The notes below the pieces were generated by a model, which searched no databases, was not told the DNA's origin, and saw only the letters and a program-made list of their open reading frames with translations. Made by a program: the position numbers and the translations under genes. Below are positions 50,508-59,296 of a DNA stretch of 64,000 nucleotides, one piece after another. How positions within the stretch are numbered: position 1 is the first letter of the stretch; every line of letters starts with the position of its first letter. Source of the DNA: Campylobacteraceae bacterium (GTDB lineage Bacteria; Campylobacterota; Campylobacteria; Campylobacterales; Campylobacteraceae); the NCBI GenBank assembly GCA_031284315.1, contig JAITAB010000058.1, forward strand, positions 11,800 through 75,799. The letters are read 5' to 3'.

Positions 50508-51335
50508 TCAAGTACCTTCGGCGATAAATTCTCCTTTTACAAAATGTATCGTTGAACTTATATTACCGCCGCCATAGAAAACAATGCCCTGCCATTCATA
50601 ACGCGCTCCATCAGCGTTATTATTGTGAACGCATTGCCAATCTATCCACTTGTATTCATCGCTGCTTGATATACTGCATCACCCTCGTCAAACACGCCGC
50701 TTGCTTCTATCTTTTCATAATAGCTGTTAATCTCAGCTGTCATGTTGGCATTTTCATAAACTACGCTAAACAATTCCCAATCAGGAGCGCCGTTCGGATG
50801 CCCGAAAACTTCGTCAAAATAAGCCTCAGTAGTAACAGGCAGGGAGTTGTTTTGATGAGCCATAGTCAATCTAATAATATAACCGCTCACGCTTTCATTT
50901 CTGCTGTACATACTTCTAAGATTGCAGCTCTCCCAAGCGCTGCCCCAAATGCCTGCATAGCAAATACTACCGTATAACTCGTCATAACCTTGACTTTTAA
51001 AATCAAAATTCGGGCTAAAATACATACGATGATCAACGCCAAATACCCTTTCGCCTTCAATAACAAAGTTTTTCTCTTTTGTTAGAGTGTCATAAAAGCT
51101 TTGGGCGTCGCTTTGCGAAATTTGTATATAATTTGCAACTCTCATTGAGCCAACAATCTTATCTCTGTAAGGCGTGTCGTCAAAAGGCGGGAAAGTTTCT
51201 GTTAGATAATTTGAGAGGATATTATTGCCGTTTATAGAAGTGTTATCGGTGGATTTACCCCCCCCCCCCGCTGCCGCAGGCTGCTAAAAGCATGGAAACC
51301 AAAACTGCGCAAAGCAGTTTAACCGTTGTGTTCAT
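50508..51335 (-). pseudogene. Poly-G phase-variable lipoprotein gene (currently OFF, plus a second frameshift). Paralog of 58175..58903.
   Basis: The ATG at 51335 gives MNTTVKLLCAVLVSMLLAACGSGGGG, then TAA directly after the G12 tract. Reading with G11 or G14 joins the frame of ORF 50642..51145. The C-terminal ~49 codons (YKWIDWQCVHNNNADGARYEWQGIVF..STIHFVKGEF) lie in yet another frame. Confidence 0.8.
51258..51269 (-). repeat. Homopolymeric tract: C12 on the + strand, G12 on the coding strand
   Basis: Twelve consecutive C residues were counted at 51258-51269, directly after the lipobox codons. Confidence 0.95.
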
Positions 51336-51589
51336 ATTTTCTCCTTTATGAAAAATTAAATATAGCATCATAATATAAAAAACATTAATGTAAAATAAAT
51401 ATCCGAGCTAAACAGTATTTAATGATAAAATATACTCATGTCGTCTGCCGCTCTTGCCGCCGTTTATCGCGGATCAAGCATTTGGAAGTTAAAAAATATA
51501 AAAACCGTTAAGAAAAAAACTCTTCACTATTTTGGAGTTTGCCGTCTGCCGTATAAAAACTTTTTAAAGCGTTCCGCGCCGTAATCATA

Positions 51590-51630
51590 CAAAATAAACG
51601 CCGCACATGCAAGGCGCGGCGTTTATTTTG
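51590..51630. terminator. Long perfect hairpin (15-bp stem), possibly a bidirectional terminator
   Basis: CAAAATAAACGCCGC (51590-51604), an 11-nt loop, then GCGGCGTTTATTTTG (51616-51630). The A/T-rich stem base gives U-runs on either strand. Confidence 0.5.
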
Positions 51631-52108
51631 TCCGCCCTGCCCTTTTAAAAAACATAATTTCAAGATTTTTATATAAATTGCCTGCGAGACAACCTGCTCT
51701 TACCGTTTGTCTTTACGCTTGCGTCTGATAATATCGTTCGTGTCAATTGCGGCAGTACAGAGAGCAAAAACGGTATCTGCCGCCGCTAAGGCTGTTTTTA
51801 AAATAGCGCTGTCTGTCTTTTTCGTCATTGGAAGCGTGCAAAGCGTTATAAAACGACATAATATACAATCAAAAAATATCAAATAACTTGAATTTGAGTC
51901 GATAGTTTATATTTTTGGATTGCCGCGGCATTTTGCGTCCGCGATAACGGAGAAAAATCGTCTCTTTTAAAGGGGTACTGTTATGCATGATACATTTAAA
52001 AAGCAATAACGCGCTAAAACTTTTAAAAGGAATGCTGTTATGTATGGACAAAACCTTAAAATACCAAAGACCGCGCATAATCGCCTTTTAAAAGAAATAC
52101 CGTTTGTA

Positions 52109-52431
52109 CGCAATGACGGGAGAGAATTGTCTCCCGCGGCGCATGCGAAATGTAGGTGTTCTTTTCGTCATTCCCGCGCGAATGATAGCCTTTCGTAGAA
52201 AGCTCATCACGAGGCGGGCGGGAATCTATTTTTTCATCATAAAAATCCCTTTTTGTTCCGTCATTGCGAGGAATAAAATGACGAGGTAATCCAAATGGCA
52301 TAAAACAATTAGAGTTTACAAATAAAAAGTTTTATTTTAAGGGCGGGTTGATTTTTTTTATTTTTCTGGATTGCTTTGCGGCGCTTCCATTGGCGAAATG
52401 TATGGATTCCCGCCTGCGCGGGAATGACAGA
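52109..52431. repeat. Cluster of REP-like palindromic elements upstream of the CRISPR array
   Basis: 52109-52136: acgcaatgacg plus the hairpin CGGGAGA-gaattg-TCTCCCG. 52166-52226: cgtcattcccgcgcg ... gcgggcgggaatc. 52259-52292: gtcattgcgagg..aatgacgagg. 52403-52431 is identical to 20678-20706. Confidence 0.75.
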
Positions 52432-52493
52432 GAGAGAATAAACTCTGCTTGTTCTCCATTACGCTTCGCTTACCGTTCGGCGGCAAAAATGAC

Positions 52494-53241
52494 GGGAAAA
52501 TACAACTTTGCGTCGGTTCTTGAGGACTTGGAAGCTGCGTACAATTGCACGCGGCTGATTTCAATACAACTTGTGTCGGTTCATGCAACCTTTTAGAATG
52601 GCAGGACAGCTGCGTTGTTTTATTTCAATACAACTTTTGTGTCGGTTCATGGCGGAGCAGATAGAGGCGGGCGTTTACGAATTGTCATTTCAATACAACT
52701 TTTGTGTCGGTTCATGCAATTTTAGAAGATTATGGAATTATAAGAAACAATATTTCAATACAACTTTTGTGTCGGTTCATGGGGACGAAGGGGTGGCGTC
52801 ATCGCGTTTACACATCGTAATTTCAATACAACTTTTGTGTCGGTTCATGAATGACAGAGGTTCTAAAATTCGCGAAGCAATTTGTATTTCAATACAACTT
52901 TTGTGTCGGTTCATGTATTTGATTATGTATATATATGTGTGTGTGTTGATAATTTCAATACAACTTTTGTGTCGGTTCATGCTCATCAGTAGCGTTTTGT
53001 AAAGAGGTCGTAAGTATTTCAATACAACTTTTGTGTCGGTTCATGGTAAAACAAAAATATGGTATTGATGTAAACAGCAATTTCAATACAACTTTTGTGT
53101 CGGTTCATGGCTAAAAGTATAAAGCAAAGTAAAGTATATTTTTATATTTCAATACAACTTTTGTGTCGATTCATGTTTTTTTTGCTCTCTCTTTTGTCAT
53201 TTTTATTTCTTATTTCAATACAGCTTTTGTATAAAATTTAA
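52494..53241. CRISPR. CRISPR array with a 30-nt repeat ATTTCAATACAACTTTTGTGTCGGTTCATG. 11 repeats plus one decayed remnant. No adjacent cas genes.
   Basis: Repeats start at 52558 (28 nt, 2-nt deletion), 52622, 52687, 52752, 52820, 52886, 52952, 53016, 53080, 53146 (1 mismatch) and 53212 (distal half diverged). A remnant lies at 52494-52522. Spacers are 34-38 nt and all different. Confidence 0.95.
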
Positions 53242-53376
53242 TGCGGATATCAGTCGTTTAAGCTTTCAATAGACAATGCAAAACAATACCGTTTCGCGCA
53301 AACTGCAAAATAGAGCGAATAGCTTTGGCGCATGAATAAAATCATTCGCCAAAACACCGCCCTTAAAAACGCAAAT

Positions 53377-55173
53377 CTATATCTTTGACATTCGCTTTCT
53401 TATCGTCGCATCAAGGTATTTTTTTCTGACGCGGATATTTTTCGGCGTTACCTCAACTATCTCGTCGTCTTCTATCCATTCAAGCGCGCGTTCAAGATTT
53501 AACTTTCGCGGCGGCACTAACTTTATCGCATCATCGCTTCCGGAAGCCCTTACATTCGTCAGGTTTTTGCCTTTTATCGGATTGACATCAAGGTCGTTCG
53601 GGCGGGAGTGTTCGCCGATTATCATGCCGACATAAACTTTTGTCTGCGGGTCTATAAACAATACGCCTCTATCCTGCAAATTCCACAGCGAATATCCAAG
53701 CGCGGCGCCGTTTTCCATAGAGACAAGCGAACCGTTAGAACGATGCTCCACGCTGCCGCTTAACGGACGAAAATCCAAAAATGAGTGGTTCATGACGCCC
53801 TCGCCTCTCGTATCCGTTAAAAACTGGCTTCTAAAGCCGATAAGTCCGCGTGCAGGTATCTCAAACTCTATCCTCGTCTGCCCGTCTCCCGTTGGATTCA
53901 TGGCAGTCATTTCCGCTTTTCTTTTTCCAAGCTTTTCTATCACCGTACCCGTACAATCATCGGGCGCGTCAATGACCAAATGCTCATACGGCTCCAATTT
54001 TACGCCGTCTTCTTCTTTGATAATGACCTCGGGTCTCCCCAAAGAGAACTCAAACCCCTCTCTTCTCATGTTTTCAGCCAAAATAGTTATCTGAAGCTCT
54101 CCTCTGCCTGAAACTTTAAACTTGCCCTCGCCTATATTTTCGTATTTCATGGCAATATTTGTCTTGACTTCGCTCTCAAGCCTTTCGGAGAGTTTGTTTG
54201 AAGTTACATATTTTCCGTCAAGTCCCGCCAAAGGGCTGTCGTTTACGGCAAAAACAACGCTCAAAGTCGGCTCTTCTATATGCAGAGGATCAAGCGGCAT
54301 GGGATTTGCAGGATCTACTATGCTATCCCCGACATCAAGCGCGTCAAATCCTGCTATCGCTATAATATCGCCCGAATTTGCCTCGTTTATATCAAGTCTT
54401 TCAAGCCCTTTAAATCCGATAAGTTTGCTTATGCGTCCGTTTATCCGTTCGCCGCTCGCTTTGGCAAGCATGACGCTTTGATTTTTCTTGACAGTGCCGT
54501 TAAATACGCGTGCGATGCCGATTTTGCCGACATAATTATCATAATCCAGCGTAAAAACCTGCACCTGAACAGGATTTTCATCTTTGCCGCTGGGGCTTGG
54601 TATATGCGCCGTTATCACTTCAAAAAGCGGCTCAAGATTTTCATTTTTATCGCTTAAATTTTTTTTCGCGTATCCGTCCCGCGCGGCTGCATAAATGATA
54701 GGAAAATCAAGCTGTTCATCGTTCGCGTCAAGCGCAACGAAGAGGTCAAATATCTCGTTTATCACGCGCTCTGGGTCGGCTGCGGGTTTATCTATCTTAT
54801 TTATAACGACTATGGGTTTCAAGCCAAATCCCAAAGCTTTTTTCACGACAAATTTAGTCTGCGGCATGACGCCTTCCTGCGCATCTACAAGCAGCAAAAC
54901 GCCGTCCACCATTTTAAGTACGCGCTCTACTTCGCCGCCAAAATCAGCATGTCCGGGCGTGTCTATGATATTGATTTTGTAGCCTTTATAAGCAATAGAC
55001 GTATTTTTGGAGAGAATCGTTATGCCTCTCTCTTTTTCAATATCATTACTGTCCATCATGCGCTCGCCTGTGGCTTGGTGTTCGGCAAAAGTTCCGGATT
55101 GCTTCAAAAGTTCGTCCACCAGCGTAGTTTTACCGTGATCAACATGGGCGATGACGGCAATATTTCTTATCAT
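53377..55173 (-). CDS. typA: Translational GTPase TypA/BipA
   Basis: [29 protein letters not shown] and NKID motifs, with EF-G-like domains. ATG at 55173 has an AGGAG RBS. Confidence 0.95.
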   Translation of the reverse strand: MIRNIAVIAHVDHGKTTLVDELLKQSGTFAEHQATGERMMDSNDIEKERGITILSKNTSIAYKGYKINIIDTPGHADFGGEVERVLKMVDGVLLLVDAQEGVMPQTKFVVKKALGFGLKPIVVINKIDKPAADPERVINEIFDLFVALDANDEQLDFPIIYAAARDGYAKKNLSDKNENLEPLFEVITAHIPSPSGKDENPVQVQVFTLDYDNYVGKIGIARVFNGTVKKNQSVMLAKASGERINGRISKLIGFKGLERLDINEANSGDIIAIAGFDALDVGDSIVDPANPMPLDPLHIEEPTLSVVFAVNDSPLAGLDGKYVTSNKLSERLESEVKTNIAMKYENIGEGKFKVSGRGELQITILAENMRREGFEFSLGRPEVIIKEEDGVKLEPYEHLVIDAPDDCTGTVIEKLGKRKAEMTAMNPTGDGQTRIEFEIPARGLIGFRSQFLTDTRGEGVMNHSFLDFRPLSGSVEHRSNGSLVSMENGAALGYSLWNLQDRGVLFIDPQTKVYVGMIIGEHSRPNDLDVNPIKGKNLTNVRASGSDDAIKLVPPRKLNLERALEWIEDDEIVEVTPKNIRVRKKYLDATIRKRMSKI

Positions 55174-55253
55174 AATAATGCTCCTAACTTTAATAAGGGC
55201 GGTATTGTACCCAAAATATACTATAAATGGCATTAAGCGCGCGGTATTTATAA

Positions 55254-55320
55254 GTTTTTCACATTTTCACGCCATGTGTTAAAAGTTTTTCACATGAAGA
55301 AAATAAAAAACAATTCACGC
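55254..55320 (+). promoter_or_regulatory. Cluster of four TTCAC-core (DnaA-box-like) motifs
   Basis: gTTTTTCACAtTTTCACGcc ... gTTTTTCACAtg ... cAATTCACGc lies in the divergent typA/rhodanese intergenic region. The 16-mer GTTTTTCACATTTTCA (55254-55269) recurs at 61261-61276. Confidence 0.45.
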
Positions 55321-55415
55321 GCTTTTTTTATACCATAGTTTTCCGATAAACTTAATAAACATTTAAGAATTTTTGCAGTAAAATCGGCATACAAAAACTA
55401 CATGGAGGTAGAGTC

Positions 55416-56330
55416 ATGAAGGCTATACATTTACTGCGCGGCGCATTTTTGACCGCTCTTTTCAGTGTTGCCGCGATTGCGGCCGATTCGCTTGTAACTA
55501 CGGAGTGGCTTGCGCAAAATTTAAATAATCCAAAAGTGAGGATTATAGAAGTGAGCGTAAATCCCGGCGTGTATGAGCGCGGACATATTTCGGGCGCGCT
55601 TAATTTCTCTTGGCATACGGACTTGAACGATAAAGTCAAAAGAGATATAGTAAGCAAAGAGGATTTTGAAAAACTGCTCTCAAAAGCGGGCGTAGATAAG
55701 GATACTACGGTCGTTTTGTACGGCGATACCAACAATTGGTTTGCCGCATGGGGCATTTGGGTATTTGACATATATAATGTTCCCAATACCAAACTTTTGG
55801 ACGGCGGACGCGTAAAGTGGGAAGCCGAAAACAGGGCGCTTGACAATAAAGTCCCCGAATTTAAAGCTACAAATTTCAAAGTTAGCAAGGTAAATGCGGA
55901 TTTGCGTGCGTATTTGGGCGATGTCGTTGCCGTGGCGAAGGGCGATTCTAACGCTAAACTGCTTGATATTCGCTCTCCTGACGAATACGCGGGCAAAGTT
56001 TTCGCGCCTGCGGGCATTCAGGAGCTTTCTATCCGCGCAGGGCATGTTCCCACAGCCGTTAATGTTCCATGGGGACAGGCTGTGAATAAAGACGGCTCTT
56101 TCAAATCCGCCGAAGAGCTTAAAAAGCTTTACGCCAATGTCGGCATAGACGGTTCAAAGCCCGTTATAACATACTGCCGAATAGGCGAACGCTCCAGCCA
56201 CTCATGGTTTGCGCTCAGTAAAATTCTCGGATATAAAACAAAAAATTATGACGGCTCATGGACTGAATACGGCAACGCTGTGGGAGTTCCCATAGACAAT
56301 CCCGCAGGCACCGTCTGGTCTGCCAAATAA
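55416..56330 (+). CDS. Secreted two-domain rhodanese (thiosulfate sulfurtransferase-like)
   Basis: Signal peptide MKAIHLLRGAFLTALFSVAAIAA. Tandem rhodanese domains. Active-site loop YCRIGERSSH. Confidence 0.88.
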   Translation: MKAIHLLRGAFLTALFSVAAIAADSLVTTEWLAQNLNNPKVRIIEVSVNPGVYERGHISGALNFSWHTDLNDKVKRDIVSKEDFEKLLSKAGVDKDTTVVLYGDTNNWFAAWGIWVFDIYNVPNTKLLDGGRVKWEAENRALDNKVPEFKATNFKVSKVNADLRAYLGDVVAVAKGDSNAKLLDIRSPDEYAGKVFAPAGIQELSIRAGHVPTAVNVPWGQAVNKDGSFKSAEELKKLYANVGIDGSKPVITYCRIGERSSHSWFALSKILGYKTKNYDGSWTEYGNAVGVPIDNPAGTVWSAK

Positions 56331-56373
56331 TTCATTATCAGCCCGTTTAAAGCGGGCTTTTTAAGGAAAAAGC

Positions 56374-57540
56374 GTGCAGCAAAAAATATCAATTATTTTG
56401 GCTATAGCCACACTCGCTTTTGCCTTTTATCTCTCGGGTATCCCGAACGGCAAAATCCCCTCTTTCGCGCTTTTATGCGGCTTGGCGCTGGGTATTGCCA
56501 TGCAAAGAAGCAGATTTTGTTTCTACTGTCATTTAAGGGATTGGTTTGAATACAAAGACCCGCGCGGAGCGTTGGCGCTGCTTTTGGCGATTGCCGTAGG
56601 ACTTATAGGATATACGGTCATTTTGGGAAGCTGGCAGCCAAATCCGCTTTCGGGCGCCATTCCGCCCGATATACATGCAGGAGCCGTAAGCGAAGTTCTT
56701 ATTGCCGCGGGAGTTGTTTTCGGACTTGGCATGGTCATAACCGAATCTTGCATAAGCGCGCACTGGTATCATCTGTCGGAAGGCTCTTTTATTTCAGTTT
56801 TCGCGCTTATCGGCACGGGTTTTGGTTTTTTTATAGGTTTCAATACATGGAACGCTCTTTATAGCCTGCGGATAGCGGATGCGCCTATTATATGGCTGCC
56901 GTCGTATTTCGGATACGGCGGGGCTTTAATGCTGCAGCTTGGCGTTATTTTACTGCTTGCTCTGTTTTTATGGCGCGGTTTTGCAAAAGAGGAAGAGGAA
57001 AATATATCAACCCTCGTGCCGTCTTTTGCGCAAATCTGGAAAAACTTGTGGACAAAACAGTGGAGTTACTGGACAGGCGGACTTATCGCGGGACTTATCG
57101 GCATAGCCGCGATTATCCGCATGAAGCCTTTGGGAGTAACCGCGACAATCGCTTCATGGGTTCGCAAAATATCAAATGAATTAGGATTGATACCGTCAAG
57201 ATTAAACGGACTTGACGCTTTTGCCGGCTGCGGCAGTCTGCCTCAATATTTTTGGCTCAATCAAGACGCTTTATTGCTGCTTGGAATCGTAACGGGCTCT
57301 TTTATAGCCTCTTTTGCGGGAGGGCATTTTGAGCTTCAAAAGCCGACCGTTAAAGAAGCGCTGTTGGGACTAATCGGCGGAACAATGCTCGGCTGGGGAG
57401 CCATGAGCGCGATAGGATGCACTATCGGCGCTTTGCTCTCAGGAACGCACTCAGGCGCGCTTTCGGGCTGGATTTTCGGCGCTTCCATGCTCTTTTCCGT
57501 ATGGCTCGGCATAAAGATAAAAAAACGATTTTCTGCTTAA
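56374..57540 (+). CDS. YeeE/YedE-family inner-membrane sulfur-compound transporter
   Basis: The duplicated domain carries conserved Cys motifs (QRSRFCF, ESCISAHW, AIGCTIGALLSG) and about 9-10 TM segments. GTG start. Confidence 0.85.
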   Translation: MQQKISIILAIATLAFAFYLSGIPNGKIPSFALLCGLALGIAMQRSRFCFYCHLRDWFEYKDPRGALALLLAIAVGLIGYTVILGSWQPNPLSGAIPPDIHAGAVSEVLIAAGVVFGLGMVITESCISAHWYHLSEGSFISVFALIGTGFGFFIGFNTWNALYSLRIADAPIIWLPSYFGYGGALMLQLGVILLLALFLWRGFAKEEEENISTLVPSFAQIWKNLWTKQWSYWTGGLIAGLIGIAAIIRMKPLGVTATIASWVRKISNELGLIPSRLNGLDAFAGCGSLPQYFWLNQDALLLLGIVTGSFIASFAGGHFELQKPTVKEALLGLIGGTMLGWGAMSAIGCTIGALLSGTHSGALSGWIFGASMLFSVWLGIKIKKRFSA

Positions 57541-57634
57541 AATAGATATTTAAAAAGCTGAAAAACAGGTACTTTACAGCTTAAAGCCTCTATCAAAATA
57601 TTTTACCGCATGCCAAAATCCATGAGCAGATTTA

Positions 57635-58052
57635 GTGATTAAGCAGAACATAAAGAAATGGCGTTGGGATTGGGAAGCGTCATGCGGACTTGACATAAAA
57701 GTTATGGACAAACGGCATAAAAGACTTGCAAAATATATAAACGAATTGAACAAGCCGCTCAAAACAAAAGATAGAGACCGAACCGCTTCGGCGCTTTGCT
57801 GTATCGCAGAATATACAATTTCGCATTTTGAATTTGAAGAACAGCCGATAAGCGAAGCCGATTGCAACCCGACAGACGCCTGCAAAAAACTCATGAATAG
57901 TTTATAGCGGCAATAAATAGATACAAAAAAGCTTTGACAAAAGGCGCGATATAACGGGGCGGCTCATGGCGGAACTTCGGATTTGGCTCACGCATCATAT
58001 TTTAAATGACGGCATGGATTATAAAAAAGCGCGAAACAGAGTTTTCGGATAA
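57635..58052 (+). pseudogene. Hemerythrin-like gene disrupted by frameshifts or stops
   Basis: W.W....G.DIKVMDKRHKRLAKYINEL ... ISHFEFEE fits hemerythrin helices 1-2. The C-terminal helix RIWLTHHILNDGMDYKK lies in a different frame after a stop at 57905. Confidence 0.55.
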
Positions 58053-58174
58053 ATCCAAGCGAAAAATAGAACCCAAAAAGAAAAGTCGGTTTAAAATACT
58101 GTTCGGATAACCAAACGCTTCCCATGTAAGCGTTTGCATTAAGATAAGCGGATTGCTCCGCTTATCTTTGGTAT

Positions 58175-58903
58175 TTAAAATATCTGTTTGCCAAAACGAA
58201 CATAAGATGTTTCCGGACTTCCGACATCGAACTCTAAGGTGAAATAATAAAAAGCATCCGCCGTACCTTTTTCGCAAGTCCAAAAATAATCTATACCGTA
58301 GGTATAGTAGTAGGTATAGCAGTAAACATCGGCATCGCTTATATCAAAAAGCTTTCCGCTTCCCATCGCCTCTGCATAATATGCGGCAAATTCCGCGCTC
58401 ATGTTACCCTCGTAAGTTGCTGTTAATTCTGCATATATAGGCGAACCAAACATTTTACCGAATACCTCATCAAATTTGCCGTCTCCTATGCTTCTGTCGG
58501 ACGCAAGTTGCATGTGTGCTCTCGAACTGTCGTCGTAAGCATAAGCATTGATGTTAATGTGCGCGTTTATCAAATTTTTACTCCCGGGGTTCTTCAAGTA
58601 ATAGTCGTAGTTAAAATTATCGTCACTTATATAATTTTGATAAAAAAGCGTAAAATCTTTCCGGCTTATCGTAATATTAAGCTCTCTTGCCGGCTGCGTA
58701 GAGCTTTCTTCTTGGTATGCCAAACTCTTTGTCTCGCCAATTTTAGTATAACCCGCAGTGTCAAGCGGCGGGATATCCGATAGAAAATCGGAAAAATCGC
58801 CGCTGCCGACATTTCCATTGCCGCCGCTTCCGCCGCTTCCGCCGCAGGAAGCCAAAAACAGTACCGCAAAAGCCGTTAAGCTCAACTTAAATAAACATCT
58901 CAT
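58175..58903 (-). CDS. Lipoprotein (intact paralog of the phase-variable gene at 50.5-51.3 kb)
   Basis: MRCLFKLSLTAFAVLFLASCGGSGGSGGNGN has a lipobox followed by a Gly/Ser linker. It shares ..FDEVFG.., ..AE..AYY..., ..W.C....AD..Y.....F and ...F.KG.F blocks with the 50.5-kb gene. Confidence 0.8.
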   Translation of the reverse strand: MRCLFKLSLTAFAVLFLASCGGSGGSGGNGNVGSGDFSDFLSDIPPLDTAGYTKIGETKSLAYQEESSTQPARELNITISRKDFTLFYQNYISDDNFNYDYYLKNPGSKNLINAHININAYAYDDSSRAHMQLASDRSIGDGKFDEVFGKMFGSPIYAELTATYEGNMSAEFAAYYAEAMGSGKLFDISDADVYCYTYYYTYGIDYFWTCEKGTADAFYYFTLEFDVGSPETSYVRFGKQIF

Positions 58904-59071
58904 GAGAACTCCTTAAAAAAAATTTTATTGTTGTGGCGGCGTAAAAAGAAAAACAGCAGATTATTTTTTTGAAAAGTAGAATATACGGGGATATTTTCGC
59001 GCTGTAAGGATAATTTGCGAAAAATTTTTATAAAATTGGAAAATATATAATTTAAGTTTCTTTTAAGTTTA

Positions 59072-59088
59072 TCTCTCTCTCTCTCTCT
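59072..59088. repeat. (TC)8 dinucleotide microsatellite
   Basis: tctctctctctctctct at 59072-59088, about 170 nt upstream of the lipoprotein gene start (58903). Confidence 0.9.
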
Positions 59089-59296
59089 GAAAAAATTATT
59101 AAATAAACCTTCATTATTTTATATTCCTCCATAAAATTATGCACATTTTATAGAGTTTTTTATTAAATAAATATTAAAAAAACGAAAAAATAAAGCTTTT
59201 GCAGGCGATTTTCGCAGTTGTTTTTTTATAAAAGAAATGCTTTTAATGTAGCTTTTATGCATGCGCGCTGAATTTTACGGATTGTTCGGTTAAGTT

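Noticed and set aside
52571-53022. ORF-track entries 52571..53002 (+, 143 aa) and 52777..53022 (-, 81 aa), which have repeating ISIQLLCRFM / MNRHKSCIEI peptides.
   Set aside because: They are translations straight through the CRISPR repeats. The periodic peptide repeats mirror the 30-nt DNA repeat.
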